Source: an uncultured Gemmatimonadales bacterium (GTDB lineage: Bacteria; Gemmatimonadota; Gemmatimonadetes; Longimicrobiales; Gaopeijiaceae). From it: a DNA stretch of 64,000 nt. The notes beneath the pieces are model-generated. The model ran no database searches and was not told the DNA's origin. It saw nothing but the letters and a program-made list of their open reading frames with translations. Shown here one piece after another: positions 10,701 to 22,632 of the stretch (the first letter of the stretch is position 1; each line of letters begins with the position of its first letter). The stretch covers positions 192,001 to 256,000 of the forward strand of contig CAWELD010000010.1 in assembly GCA_963809895.1 (NCBI GenBank), written 5' to 3'. A program made the translations under genes and the position numbers.

Positions 10701-10767
10701 GTCCGGAGTGGTACAGCACCCCCTCGGGGCCGGTTCCGGCCGCCCAGGGCTCAGCGGGTCCAGAAAC

Positions 10768-10808
10768 GGCCGCGGGCCCCGCCTCCGGAGAGGTCGGGGC
10801 CCGCGGCC
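10768..10808 (-). terminator. Terminator hairpin after the sigma factor gene
   Basis: ggccgcgggccccg / cggggcccgcggcc inverted repeat, followed by gtttct on the minus strand. Confidence 0.6.
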
Positions 10809-10827
10809 CTGGCAGGTCCGTCTGGGC

Positions 10828-11688
10828 TCAGTTGGCGTTCCAGAATCCGGACAGCGACTCCCCGTGGGGGCTCTCGCGAAGCTTCTCGAAGGCGCGGTTG
10901 CGAATCTGGCGGATGCGCTCACGGGTCACACCCAGGAGAGAGCCGATCTCCTCGAGGGTCCGCTCCTCCCCGTCGTCGAGGCCGTAGTACAGGTAGAGGA
11001 TCTTGCGCTCGCGCTCGGTCAGGTAGGTCTCGAACATCTGCTCGAGGAAATCGCGGCGGGCCACGGCCTCCACGTCCTCTTCGATGTCACCGCCCTCGGC
11101 TCCGGCGAAGCGCTCGCCGAAGCTGGCGCTGTCGCGGTCGCTACGATCGATGGGGGCGTCGAGGCTGAGCTCGCTGGCCGCCACCCGCCGCAGAGCCCGG
11201 ATGGTCTCCACGGGCTCCGACATGTCCTCGGCGATCTCCTGATCCGTCGGCGACCGGCCCAACTGCTGCGTGAGGGCGGTCTCCGTGCGGGCCAGCTTGG
11301 CCAGGTTCGAGTTCTGGTTCAGGGGGATGCGCACGGAACGCGTCTGCTCCGCGAGGGCCTGGAGCACGGTCTGGCGGATCCACCATACGGCGTAGGAGAT
11401 GAATTTCACCCCCTTGTCCGGATCGAACTTCTTGACCGCCTTGAGGAGACCCTCGTTGCCGATGCAGACCAGCTCGGCGAGTCCCAGCCCCCGACCCTGG
11501 TACTTCTTCACGTAGGAGATCACGAAGCGGAGGTTCGCCGTAACCAGTCGTTCGGCGGCCTCCTTGTCTCCCGCCCGGGCGCGACGGGCCAGCGCCCGTT
11601 CTTCCTCCGGGTCCTGGATCAGGGGGTACTTTTCAACGTCCTGCAGATACTGGTCGAAAGAATCCAGGCCACGAGAGGGGGAAAACAT
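10828..11688 (-). CDS. RNA polymerase sigma factor, RpoD/SigA family (286 aa, no region 1.1)
   Basis: ANLRFVIS, KFDPDKGVKFISYAVWWIRQ, region 4 TLEEIG..GVTRERIRQI. Confidence 0.95.
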   Translation of the reverse strand: MFSPSRGLDSFDQYLQDVEKYPLIQDPEEERALARRARAGDKEAAERLVTANLRFVISYVKKYQGRGLGLAELVCIGNEGLLKAVKKFDPDKGVKFISYAVWWIRQTVLQALAEQTRSVRIPLNQNSNLAKLARTETALTQQLGRSPTDQEIAEDMSEPVETIRALRRVAASELSLDAPIDRSDRDSASFGERFAGAEGGDIEEDVEAVARRDFLEQMFETYLTERERKILYLYYGLDDGEERTLEEIGSLLGVTRERIRQIRNRAFEKLRESPHGESLSGFWNAN

Positions 11689-11811
11689 CCGTTTCACTAC
11701 CTCGCCGATGCGTGTGACCAAGGGAGGGACCCCCGATGACCGGGAAGCATCGCGCTTCCGTGGACCACGAGGGGGGCCGAGTGGGCGTGACGGGGCCCGA
11801 AAAGACAAACC

Positions 11812-11840
11812 AAGTTATAAAAGCGTGTTTGTCCAGTCAA
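11812..11840 (-). promoter_or_regulatory. Putative sigma70-type promoter for the sigma gene
   Basis: Minus strand TTGACT, 17 nt, TAACTT in a locally AT-rich patch. Confidence 0.5.
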
Positions 11841-11946
11841 AGGTTTTGTTCCCAGGATGATACACCCTTCTCGCGTGGGTCCGAGCCGGGCGTCTGTCGA
11901 CGCTCAAATGCCGGTCAGACCAGGAGTTCCGGACGCGGCGAGGTCG

Positions 11947-13236
11947 TCACGCCGCTCCGCCCCCAGGCGGCGCCGCCAGAACGAGGCTGGCGTTGATGCC
12001 ACCGAATCCGAAGGAGTTGCTCAGGGCCAGATCGACCCGGGCCTCCAGACCGTGGGCGGGGACGTGGGCCAGCCGGCAGTCGTCGGCGGGATCGTCCAGG
12101 TTCAGGGTCGGAGGCAGCCATCCCCGTTGCATGGCGAGGCAGGTGACGACGGCTTCGATGGCGCCGGAGGCCCCGAGAGCGTGACCGTGGTAGGGCTTGG
12201 TGCCACTGACGTGGACACGGTCGGCGGCACTGCCGAGCACGGCGCGCAGTGCCTTGGCCTCCGTACCGTCGTTCAGCGGCGTGGATGAAGCGTGCGCGCT
12301 CACGTAGTCCAGGGCCCCGGGCTCCACGCCGGCGCTGTCCAGGGCTTGTCGCATGGCGGCGGCGGCACGTGAGCCGTCGGGCCGCGGCGCGGTCATGTGG
12401 TAGGCATCGCTGGTGGTACCGTATCCGAGGATCTCGGCGTAGATCCGCGCACCCCGAGCCCGGGCCCGCTCCAGTTCCTCGAGGACGAGCACCGCCGCGC
12501 CCTCACCCATGACGAATCCGTCGCGATCCCGGTCGAAGGGTCGGCACGCCCGCGCCGGGTCGTCGTTGCGCGTGGTCATGGCCCGGATGAGCGCGAAGGC
12601 GCCGAAGCTCAGCGGACCGAGGGGCGCCTCCACGCCCCCGGCGAGCGCCACGTCCGCATGACCGTCCCGAATCAGGCGCCAGCCGTCTCCCAGCGCGATG
12701 GTCCCCGAGGCACAGCTCATGGCGTTGGTGGAGTTCGGACCCGTGAAGCCGAATTCGATGGCCGCCTGACAACTCGCGGCGCCACAGAACACCGTGGTCG
12801 CGAGCCTGGGATTCACGGCCCGGATGCCCCGATCCAGGTAGTGCGCCAACTCCTCCTGGGCTTGCGCCAACCCGCCCAGGGCGGAGCCCATCTGCACCGC
12901 CACGCGCGGTCCGGCTTCACTCGCCACGTCCAGGCCGGCGTCTTCGACGGCGAGCCTCGAGGCGGCGATGGCGAACTGTCCGAAGCGGTCCAGACGTCGG
13001 GCACGATCGGATCCCATGTGGGCTCCGGCATCGAAGTCGTGGATCTCCGCGGCGACGGTGGTGCGGAGCTCGGAGGCGTCGAAGCGCGTGATGGCCGCCA
13101 CCGGCGACTCACGTCGGCGTAGCCCGGCCCAGAGGGCGTCCACGCCGGTTCCCACCGCAGTGATGGGGCCGAGGCCCGTGACCACAACGCGCCTCGGGTG
13201 TCGCCCGCCGACGTCGGTCTCTCCGTCTCCGCTCAT
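11947..13236 (-). CDS. Beta-ketoacyl synthase (FabF/KS-alpha-like)
   Basis: RRVVVTGLG, catalytic C (MSCASG), DAYH, HASST, GHALGASG, SNSFGFGG. ATG overlaps the upstream stop. Confidence 0.92.
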   Translation of the reverse strand: MSGDGETDVGGRHPRRVVVTGLGPITAVGTGVDALWAGLRRRESPVAAITRFDASELRTTVAAEIHDFDAGAHMGSDRARRLDRFGQFAIAASRLAVEDAGLDVASEAGPRVAVQMGSALGGLAQAQEELAHYLDRGIRAVNPRLATTVFCGAASCQAAIEFGFTGPNSTNAMSCASGTIALGDGWRLIRDGHADVALAGGVEAPLGPLSFGAFALIRAMTTRNDDPARACRPFDRDRDGFVMGEGAAVLVLEELERARARGARIYAEILGYGTTSDAYHMTAPRPDGSRAAAAMRQALDSAGVEPGALDYVSAHASSTPLNDGTEAKALRAVLGSAADRVHVSGTKPYHGHALGASGAIEAVVTCLAMQRGWLPPTLNLDDPADDCRLAHVPAHGLEARVDLALSNSFGFGGINASLVLAAPPGGGAA

Positions 13237-13715
13237 GCCCGCCCTCCTTCGTCCAGGGTCTCGGCCGCGCGTGCGATGCCCGCCAGCGTGCGGCCCGCGA
13301 TGTGCTGCACGAAATGCGGTCCGATCACGTGGTTCGCGGCCCAGCCGCTCACGAGGGGCCACTCGGGGCCCGGCCATTCATGGACGATTCTCAAGAGTGT
13401 GCCGCCCTCCTCGGCGGGTCGGACCTCCCACCACACGTCCATCCCTCGGGTCACCCCCTCCACATGGCGGTAGCGCACCGTGCGGGCGTCGGCATCGTGG
13501 CTCATCTCGGACACCCACCAGGTCGGGTAGGGAAGAGGTCCGAAGTTCCGCCACGCAGCCATCTCCACGAGGCCGGCCGCGAAGCCGTCCCTGCGGCGGA
13601 AGCGCACCCACCGGTAGTGGGGCAGGATGTCCGGCCACCGCTCCACGTCCGCCGCCAGCTGGAAGCAGACGTCGGCCGGTGCCCCGGTTCGGTGCTCGTC
13701 CACGGTTCGCATCAC
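13233..13715 (-). CDS. SRPBCC/START family protein (polyketide cyclase-like)
   Basis: AP.DVCFQLAADVERWPDILP N-terminal signature, about 160 aa, C-terminal helix. Confidence 0.85.
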   Translation of the reverse strand: MMRTVDEHRTGAPADVCFQLAADVERWPDILPHYRWVRFRRRDGFAAGLVEMAAWRNFGPLPYPTWWVSEMSHDADARTVRYRHVEGVTRGMDVWWEVRPAEEGGTLLRIVHEWPGPEWPLVSGWAANHVIGPHFVQHIAGRTLAGIARAAETLDEGGRA

Positions 13716-14911
13716 GTCACTCCTGAGAAGCCCGTCGCCAGGCGCACCAGGAGCCGGGGCCGGAGGAGGGATCGCGCGGGCCGGCCGTCACCGGTGACCG
13801 CGATCAGCTCCGCCAGGGCGTCCGTTCGGTCCAGCCGCCTCAGGATCAGCGACAGGAGGTCTGGCCGTTGCATCACTGCCTCGACGACCCGTTGGATCCT
13901 GCGGCCGGGTGTGAAGGCTGCCCGGAGCTGCCGAGCGTACGACCCCAGCATGTCGCGGGAGGTCCCTCCCCGCGCCAGTGCCTCGGACACGATGGGCGCG
14001 GCGAGCTCCGCCGACCGCAGCGCGCGGAAGATGCCCTGACCCGTGAGCGGATCGAAGTAGCCCGCGGCGTCTCCGACCAGGACCACCCCGTCGTGCACCG
14101 GCGAGCGCACGGGCCAATCGAAGGGACCGCTGCCCAGAGGCCGGGACACCGCGCTCGCCCCCGCGAGTCCCGGAAGCACGTTCGCGGCCAGGGACAACAG
14201 GCCCGCCGCCGTTCTCGGCAAGGTGCCGGCGCGGGCACGAGGCACCACCACCGTCAGGGTCCAGCGCGAACCTTCGGGATCCAGGGGCGCCAACCCCAGG
14301 GTGCGGCGCCAGTCCAGGTGCAGTCGCCCCCGGTCCGGCGGCAGGTCCACCCCCTCCAGGTGAAGGGAGAGTGAGGCTTTGTGGACCCGGGGACGTCTGG
14401 CGACGGCGCCCACCGAGCGCGCGACCACGGAGCGGAGACCGTCTGCGCCGATCACGAGGCTCGGGTGCAGCGGCGCGCCATCCCCCTGAAGCCGCACCAC
14501 GGGTCCACGGCGCCGCTGGCCGGGCTCGACCGAGGCCACGCGCACCCCCTCGCGCACCTCCGCACCGGCCTCTCGCGCGGCGCTCAGGAGGGTGTGGTCG
14601 AGGCGTTGTCGCGACAGGCCCCAACCGGTGCCCACGTCGACCGGAAAGCGGGCGTCGAAGGCGCCGGCCGCCGGAGTGTGGAGCCTCCAGCCGCGCAGGA
14701 GGGCCGGGCCTAGCGCCCGCACCCTGTCGGCCAGCCCCAGGCGATGGAGCGCGGCCACCGCGCCGGGATCCAGGCACTCGCCACAGGCTTTGGCGCGCGG
14801 GAAGCGGGCGCGATCCAGGACCAGGACGTCGTGCCCCGCGCGCGCCAGCAGGAGGGCGGTGGCGCTGCCGGCGGGCCCCCCGCCCACCACGACCACCTCG
14901 GGTCCGTGCAT
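13712..14911 (-). CDS. FAD-dependent oxidoreductase (geranylgeranyl-reductase-like family)
   Basis: VVGGGPAGS, FPRAKACGE, GADG..S, VGDAAGYFDPLTGQGI. Confidence 0.9.
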   Translation of the reverse strand: MHGPEVVVVGGGPAGSATALLLARAGHDVLVLDRARFPRAKACGECLDPGAVAALHRLGLADRVRALGPALLRGWRLHTPAAGAFDARFPVDVGTGWGLSRQRLDHTLLSAAREAGAEVREGVRVASVEPGQRRRGPVVRLQGDGAPLHPSLVIGADGLRSVVARSVGAVARRPRVHKASLSLHLEGVDLPPDRGRLHLDWRRTLGLAPLDPEGSRWTLTVVVPRARAGTLPRTAAGLLSLAANVLPGLAGASAVSRPLGSGPFDWPVRSPVHDGVVLVGDAAGYFDPLTGQGIFRALRSAELAAPIVSEALARGGTSRDMLGSYARQLRAAFTPGRRIQRVVEAVMQRPDLLSLILRRLDRTDALAELIAVTGDGRPARSLLRPRLLVRLATGFSGVT

Positions 14912-15624
14912 CAGCTCCGTCCCTCCAGGACCAGGCGGAAGGGGAGATGGCGCCTGACGCGGACGTTCCGCAGGCCGGCCTTCCGGCCCACGGTGTCGAG
15001 CTCGTCGGGCGTGAAGGAGCGCAGCACGGACAGGGGACCGTCGTGACGGGTGATGGGATTGCGTCTCCAGACGGTGGCCGCGAGCAGGCGGGCGCCCAGG
15101 TAGTTGAGGCGGCTCCGCTCCAGATCACCCACCAGCACCCGGCCGCGTGTCACGCGGGCCATCTCCCGGACCAGCGAGACGGCGTCGTCGGGGCCGAAAT
15201 GGTGGAGTGTCAGCGTGCAGGTGCTGACGTCGAAGGAGTCGTCGGCGAAGGGGAGCGCGAGGCCGTCGGCCCGGACGAGTCGGACCGGCGGCCCGCAATC
15301 ACCGAGGCTCCGTCGGGAGGCCACGGTGAGCATGGGCCCGTGCAGGTCGACGCCGACGCCGCGCGCCGGTCCGGTCCGTCGGTCCAGCCAGGCGCAGGTC
15401 CGGCGGAGCACCTGGCCGTCTCCCGTGCCCACGTCGAGCACGTGCACGCCTCGTCCGGGCGGGAGGTCGCGCAGATGCCGCCGCAGGGCGCGTTCTCCGC
15501 CGAGCCAGCGGTCCACCGCTTCCACATGGGCCAGGGACCGCTCGAGCTCCCTGGGATCGGCGGCCGCCGGGTCGTCCAGCAACTCGTCGTCGTGTCGGCG
15601 GATGGGAGGAGCGAGGAGGCTCAC
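14911..15624 (-). CDS. SAM-dependent methyltransferase
   Basis: ELLDDP N-terminus, [36 protein letters not shown] start at 15624. Confidence 0.88.
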   Translation of the reverse strand: MSLLAPPIRRHDDELLDDPAAADPRELERSLAHVEAVDRWLGGERALRRHLRDLPPGRGVHVLDVGTGDGQVLRRTCAWLDRRTGPARGVGVDLHGPMLTVASRRSLGDCGPPVRLVRADGLALPFADDSFDVSTCTLTLHHFGPDDAVSLVREMARVTRGRVLVGDLERSRLNYLGARLLAATVWRRNPITRHDGPLSVLRSFTPDELDTVGRKAGLRNVRVRRHLPFRLVLEGRS

Positions 15625-15625
15625 G

Positions 15626-17395
15626 TCAGCGCGGCGGATTGAAGCGATCCGGACCCACCGGCGTGCGGCGGCTGCGGGCCATGTCGGGATCTTCCAGGCT
15701 CTCGGTGAGCCCCAGCAGGTCGCTGAAGGACACCCGGAAGACGAGATCGGAGAAGCCGGCACCCGACTCCACCGGGAAGGCCAGGTCCACGCGCACCACG
15801 CCCCGTGTGCCGGCCGGAAAGCCGATGCGCAGACCGGCTCCCACGGTGGCCCGCCAGCCCGAGTCGAATCCGAAGGGCGCGTCGCCCGCCCACATGCGGC
15901 CCATGTCGGCGAAGAGCGTCGCGCCGAGGTCGAAGAGATCGGGATACGGCCAGCCGAAGTAGATGCGGTCTTCGGCGGACGCCACGATCCGCCGTCCCCC
16001 GGGGTAGTCCTCGTCGCGGTAGCCGCGCACGCCGGTGCGCCCACCCAGCGTGAGCTGAAACGGCTGATCCATCTCCCAGCCGCCGGCGCCGGCCAGCCGC
16101 GCGAAGAGGGTGTGGCGTGGCCAGATCGCCGATTGCCAGTAGAAGAGGAGATCCCCTTCGGCGAGGATGTCGCGCCACCCCTCACGGTCCGTGGCGCCGG
16201 AAAAGATCTGGCGGGCTTCGATGCCGAAGTTCGAGACGATGACGAAAGGAGACGGAGCCCCGGCGCCGTAGATCCGCACGCGCGTATACAGGTCGTCGGG
16301 ACGTCCTTCGGAGGCCAGGAAGCCGAGGCTGCGCCCCAGGGTGAGCGACATCTCCGTGCCCACCTCCACGTCCTGGACTCCACGCAGGGCATCGAGTCCC
16401 TGACGCTGCACGAAGTCGATGTTGCGCTGGCCCAGGAGCAGATTGATGCGAGTGCCCGACCGGTAGTGGGTCTGGTCCGCGAGCCGGAGGGCATCGTCTG
16501 CGGGCGCCGAGTCCTGGGCGGAGAAATCCCGGCTGTCCACGCGCTTGACGTCTCCGGGATACCCGGGAAACGCGAGACGCTCGCGCGAGAATCCCAGCCC
16601 GAACACGGTGAGATTGCCCGGCTCGCCCACCCGTGCCGCCATGGTCAGCTCCGAGCGCTCCTCGTCTACCGGCAGGAGCAGGTGGGCCGACTCGCCCGGC
16701 GGCCCCACCGAATAGCTGAAATAGTCCTCGCGGCGGAAGTACTGCTGGCGCGCGGCGAAGCGCCCCACCTCGCCCACGAAGGGGTAGAAGAGCTCCTCGT
16801 CGAGGAAAGGCCCGACCCTGGTGCGCCCCCCCTGCAGACTCCCGTCGAGCCGTGTGTTGAAGAGCCGGGGCGTGAAGATCTGTCCCCCCACCTCGCGCAC
16901 GGCGTCCAGCTTGTGGTAGAAAGCTCCGACCGTCATCCCCTGGCCCAGGAAGTTCTCCTCGGTGAGACCGAGCTCCTTCAGGCGGAGGCCGCCGTTGACG
17001 TCCGCCTTGAGGTCGACCACCAGCGTCCAGTCGTCGCGCGTGTCCACGACTACGTGCCAGTTGCCGTCGGGCTGGCGGATCCCGTAGACGTCGACGCGCG
17101 CCAGGAAGTCGTAGCGGCGCAGGAGCCGTTCCGAGTCCTGAATCTTGAACGCATCGTAGCAGCCACCCTCCTTCACCAGGAGCTCCCGGAGGAGGAAGCG
17201 CTGCCGCGTACGGATGTGCACCCGGTTGGCGAGTCTGTAAGCCCATCCGTACGAGGGGTTTCCGAGCTCGCTCAGATCGAAGAGCGAGCGATTGTCGACG
17301 AAGATGTGCGTGATGCGTCCGTCCGGGCACGTCTCCTGAGCCGCCAGCGGAGCGGCGCAAAGCAGCAGGAGAAGAGCGAGGACGGGTCTCGGCAT
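15626..17395 (-). CDS. Omp85/BamA-like outer membrane protein with N-terminal POTRA-like domain
   Basis: Signal peptide, [12 protein letters not shown]...[33 protein letters not shown]. Confidence 0.75.
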   Translation of the reverse strand: MPRPVLALLLLLCAAPLAAQETCPDGRITHIFVDNRSLFDLSELGNPSYGWAYRLANRVHIRTRQRFLLRELLVKEGGCYDAFKIQDSERLLRRYDFLARVDVYGIRQPDGNWHVVVDTRDDWTLVVDLKADVNGGLRLKELGLTEENFLGQGMTVGAFYHKLDAVREVGGQIFTPRLFNTRLDGSLQGGRTRVGPFLDEELFYPFVGEVGRFAARQQYFRREDYFSYSVGPPGESAHLLLPVDEERSELTMAARVGEPGNLTVFGLGFSRERLAFPGYPGDVKRVDSRDFSAQDSAPADDALRLADQTHYRSGTRINLLLGQRNIDFVQRQGLDALRGVQDVEVGTEMSLTLGRSLGFLASEGRPDDLYTRVRIYGAGAPSPFVIVSNFGIEARQIFSGATDREGWRDILAEGDLLFYWQSAIWPRHTLFARLAGAGGWEMDQPFQLTLGGRTGVRGYRDEDYPGGRRIVASAEDRIYFGWPYPDLFDLGATLFADMGRMWAGDAPFGFDSGWRATVGAGLRIGFPAGTRGVVRVDLAFPVESGAGFSDLVFRVSFSDLLGLTESLEDPDMARSRRTPVGPDRFNPPR

Positions 17396-17494
17396 GCAGG
17401 TGCGGGGGATTTCGGGGGGGTGGGGAAGGTGCTTAATCTACGGGACCCTCAATGTCTGGCGAACGAGCTTACTCGTACATACACGGAGTTCCCC

Positions 17495-19765
17495 ATGGAG
17501 GATCGTAAGCGGGAAGCGCTCGAGTATCACCACCTCGGTGATCGCCCCGGGAAGATCGAAGTCGTACCGACCAAGCCCGTGGCCACCCAGCGTGACCTGT
17601 CTCTCGCCTATTCCCCCGGCGTCGCGGAGCCCTGCAGGGAGATCCACCGCGAACCGCTGGACGTCTTCAAATACACGGCCCGCGGCAATCTGGTCGCCGT
17701 GGTCTCCAACGGTACGGCAGTACTGGGTCTCGGTGACATCGGTCCGCTGGCGGCCAAGCCCGTCATGGAGGGCAAGGGCGTGCTCTTCAAGCGCTTCGCG
17801 GGCATCGACGTCTTCGACATCGAGATCGACGCGCCCGAGGCGGACGACGTCATCCGCTTCTGCGAGATGCTGGAGCCGACGGTGGGGGGGATCAATCTCG
17901 AAGACATCCACGCTCCCGACTGCTTCGTCATCGAGAAGACGCTCAAGGAGCGCCTGGACATTCCGGTGTTCCACGATGACCAGCACGGCACCGCCATCAT
18001 CGGCGCCGCGGCACTCCTCAACGCCCTGGAGCTCATCGGCAAGGAGCTCGCCGAGGTGAAGGTCGTGTTCAGCGGGGCCGGGGCGTCGGCGTTGGCCACC
18101 GCCGACCACATCATGCGGCTCGGCGTGCAGAGGAAGAACATCCGCATCTGCGACTCCAAGGGCGTCATCTACCAGGGACGCACGCAGTCGATCAACGAAT
18201 ACAAGGCGCGCTTCGCGGTGGAGACCGACGAGCGCACCCTGGCCGACGCCATGAAGGGGGCCGACGTCTTCATCGGCCTGTCGGTGGCCGGCGTGGTGAC
18301 TTCGGAGATGGTGAAGGACATGGCGGAGAATCCCGTCATCTTCGCACTGGCGAATCCCGACCCGGAGATCCCGCCCGAAGACGTGGAGGCGGTACGTTCC
18401 GACGCCATCATGGCCACGGGGCGCTCGGACTACCCGAACCAGGTGAACAACGTCCTGGGCTTCCCCTTCATCTTCCGCGGTGCCCTCGACGTGCGGGCCA
18501 CGACCGTGAACGCCGACATGATGCTGGCCGCCACCCACGCGCTGGCGGAGCTGGCGCGGACCGACGTGCCCGAAGCCGTGCGCTCGGCCTACGACGACGA
18601 CACGCTGTCCTTCGGCCGGAAGTATCTGATCCCCAAGCCCTTCGATCACCGCGTTCTCTTCCACGTGGCCCCGGCCGTGGCCCGGGCCGCCATGGAGTCG
18701 GGCGTGGCCCGCACCCCCATCGACCTGGACGAGTATCGGGATCGGCTGGTGGCGTCGCTGGGACCCGGCCGGGAGGTCATGCGCTGGATGACCATGCGCG
18801 CCCGGGGCCGTCCCGCCCGGGTGGTGTTCCCCGAGGGGCACAACGACACCATCATCCGCAGCGCGGTCCAGATGCTCGAGGAGGGTGTTTGCCAGCCGGT
18901 GCTCCTGGGACGGCCGCCCAGGGTGCAGGAGAAGGCCGACGTGCTGGGCGTGGACATCAGCGGCGTGGAGATCGTGTACGCCGCCGAGCTGGACGACGTG
19001 CGCCATCGCTACGCGCAGGAGCTCTTCGAGCGCCGTGGGCGCAAGGGCCTCACCCTGGCCGAGGCCCGGTGGAACATGTACAAGCCCATCTATTTCGCCG
19101 CGTCCATGGTGCGCGCGGGCGACGCGGACGCGCTGGTGGCGGGCATCGAGGCCAACTACCCCGAGATCCTGCGGCCCTGCCTGCAGGCCATCGACGTGGA
19201 GCCGGGCGTCAACCGTGTGGCGGGCCTCTACATGCTGGCCTTCCCCAACAAGGAGTTGCTCTTCTTCGCCGACACCACCGTCAACATCGATCCGGACGCC
19301 GAAGCCCTGGCGGACATCGCCCTGCTGTCGGCGCGCTTCGTGAGCGAGCTGGGCGTGACCCCGCGCATCGGCATGGTGTCGTTCTCCAACTTCGGCTCCG
19401 CCCGGCACCCCGAGTCCACCAAGGTCGCGCATGCGGTGGATCTGGTTCGCCAGCGGGCGCCGGATCTGGAGATCGACGGCGAGATGCAGGCGGACACGGC
19501 GTTGGATCCGCGCAAGCTGAAGAACGTCTACCCGTTCAGCCACCTGAAGGGTGGGGCCAACGTGCTGATCTTCTCGAATCTCACTGCCGCGAATTCGGCC
19601 TACAAGCTCCTGGACCAGCTCGGGGGCGCCGAGGTGATCGGCCCGATCCTGCTGGGAATGGCACGTCCGGTCCACATCCTGCAGCGGGGAAGCTCACAGC
19701 AGGAGGTCCTGAACCTGGCGACCATCGCCTCGGTGGACGTCCAGGCCCGTTCTGGCCATTCTTGA
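17495..19765 (+). CDS. maeB: NADP-dependent malic enzyme fused to phosphotransacetylase-like domain
   Basis: [44 protein letters not shown]-terminal PTA domain (DGEMQAD, GPILLG). Confidence 0.96.
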   Translation: MEDRKREALEYHHLGDRPGKIEVVPTKPVATQRDLSLAYSPGVAEPCREIHREPLDVFKYTARGNLVAVVSNGTAVLGLGDIGPLAAKPVMEGKGVLFKRFAGIDVFDIEIDAPEADDVIRFCEMLEPTVGGINLEDIHAPDCFVIEKTLKERLDIPVFHDDQHGTAIIGAAALLNALELIGKELAEVKVVFSGAGASALATADHIMRLGVQRKNIRICDSKGVIYQGRTQSINEYKARFAVETDERTLADAMKGADVFIGLSVAGVVTSEMVKDMAENPVIFALANPDPEIPPEDVEAVRSDAIMATGRSDYPNQVNNVLGFPFIFRGALDVRATTVNADMMLAATHALAELARTDVPEAVRSAYDDDTLSFGRKYLIPKPFDHRVLFHVAPAVARAAMESGVARTPIDLDEYRDRLVASLGPGREVMRWMTMRARGRPARVVFPEGHNDTIIRSAVQMLEEGVCQPVLLGRPPRVQEKADVLGVDISGVEIVYAAELDDVRHRYAQELFERRGRKGLTLAEARWNMYKPIYFAASMVRAGDADALVAGIEANYPEILRPCLQAIDVEPGVNRVAGLYMLAFPNKELLFFADTTVNIDPDAEALADIALLSARFVSELGVTPRIGMVSFSNFGSARHPESTKVAHAVDLVRQRAPDLEIDGEMQADTALDPRKLKNVYPFSHLKGGANVLIFSNLTAANSAYKLLDQLGGAEVIGPILLGMARPVHILQRGSSQQEVLNLATIASVDVQARSGHS

Positions 19766-19823
19766 ATCCCCGAACGCTACGACCGCGGCCGGCGTACCGG
19801 CCCGTTGATTTGCGAGAGTTCCC

Positions 19824-21425
<1,602 letters not shown>

Positions 21426-21440
21426 CAGGGGTCTGGTGGC

Positions 21441-21458
21441 GGGGGCGGTAACGCCCCC
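21441..21458. terminator. Short hairpin between convergent genes
   Basis: gggggcg-gtaa-cgccccc between the pckA stop and a convergent stop. Confidence 0.4.
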
Positions 21459-21459
21459 C

Positions 21460-22632
21460 TCATCCCACTTTCCGCCGCCCGCTCACCAGGATCCCGACGC
21501 CGGCACCCACGATCAGAGCCAAGGCCAGTCCGCCCCAACCCGCCGTCCCGGGAAGGGGCCCGGGCCGGACCGCGCCGTAGACCTCCTGGCCGCGCGTCCG
21601 CACGTATGCGCCCAGCGACGTGCCGAACGCCTCGGCGAAGGCGTCGTCCAGCGGCAGCGTGGAGGTCCAGAACGCGCGGAAGGCGTGGGGACCGAACCGG
21701 GCTTCCAGCCTCTGCAGGAAGTTCCCGTCGACCACTCCGGGCATGGGCGTGCCGATCCAGCGGGGATCCTCCACGGAGAGCACGCCAGCGTCGCGCGGAA
21801 GACCGCGGTTCTGGATGTTCAGGGGGATCGAGGGCGCCGCCTGCGCGACCAGTGACGCGCACACGGGCTCGTCACCGGACAGGCAGCGCTCGGCATCGAC
21901 GGGCAGATTCCGCGTGGGTCGCAGGCCACGGGTCATCCAGGTGCTCAGACCCGACTCGGGGAGCTGGCCGAGGGCCCTCCAACGCGCCCGCGCGGTCGGA
22001 AGCTCCGCCGTGGCGGCGGTCGCCCACGCCAGCACGCCGGCATCACCGCCGAGCCAGGTGGCCACGCCGGGCCCCGGCAGGCCGTAGCGCCCGACGAACC
22101 AGCAGGGTCCCATGACCTCCGACAGCCCGCCGTCGAGGCGCGGGCCTCCGCGCCTGGCCGCCGGCACGTCCACGGTGACGCACCATGTGCGACCGTGACG
22201 TCGGCCGGCCAGGGCGACGAGTGGTGCTCGGACGAGACGAAAACGGAGCTCGTCGGCGTACGGATCCGACGTCCTCAGATCGCTGCTGGTGGTCCGGAGG
22301 ATGCCGAGCGCAACGCCTGGCTCGAGGCGGCCACGGCTCGCCATGTCACCGAGCTCGCGTTGCCATCCGGAGGTCAGGGACACCGGCGGCGGAGTCCTGT
22401 CCAGGATCGTGAGAGTCCGTCCAGAGGCGGCCGCGGCCGTGACGCGGGCCGACAACGAGTCGGCCAGCGCCAGCCGGCGCAGGCGCACGGCCAGGAGCGA
22501 GGCGCGTGCCTCGCCGGATGGCGCCGTCGGTTCAGCCCCGATCGCGTTGACGCCCGGGGCGGTGGGCGGCAGGAACGCCGCCGTGATGGCCGCGCACGCC
22601 ACGAAAGTCAGGGCCAGCCAACGGCGTGTCAT
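21460..22632 (-). CDS. Hypothetical exported protein with C-terminal membrane anchor (peptidase MA-like C-terminal helices, no HExxH)
   Basis: N-terminal hydrophobic segment, FLQRLEARFG..AFRAFW....LDDAFAEAFG, C-terminal TM plus RRK. ATGA overlap with upstream gene. Confidence 0.7.
   Translation of the reverse strand: MTRRWLALTFVACAAITAAFLPPTAPGVNAIGAEPTAPSGEARASLLAVRLRRLALADSLSARVTAAAASGRTLTILDRTPPPVSLTSGWQRELGDMASRGRLEPGVALGILRTTSSDLRTSDPYADELRFRLVRAPLVALAGRRHGRTWCVTVDVPAARRGGPRLDGGLSEVMGPCWFVGRYGLPGPGVATWLGGDAGVLAWATAATAELPTARARWRALGQLPESGLSTWMTRGLRPTRNLPVDAERCLSGDEPVCASLVAQAAPSIPLNIQNRGLPRDAGVLSVEDPRWIGTPMPGVVDGNFLQRLEARFGPHAFRAFWTSTLPLDDAFAEAFGTSLGAYVRTRGQEVYGAVRPGPLPGTAGWGGLALALIVGAGVGILVSGRRKVG

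Noticed and set aside
17404..17425. G5/G7/G4 runs in the divergent promoter region (G-quadruplex or phase-variable tract)
   Set aside because: Only three long runs, and such tracts are common at this GC content; no supporting evidence.
15104..19765. 1553-aa ORF suggesting a giant malic-enzyme fusion
   Set aside because: The first ~800 codons are antisense to the Omp85-like and methyltransferase genes; MaeB starts at ATG 17495.
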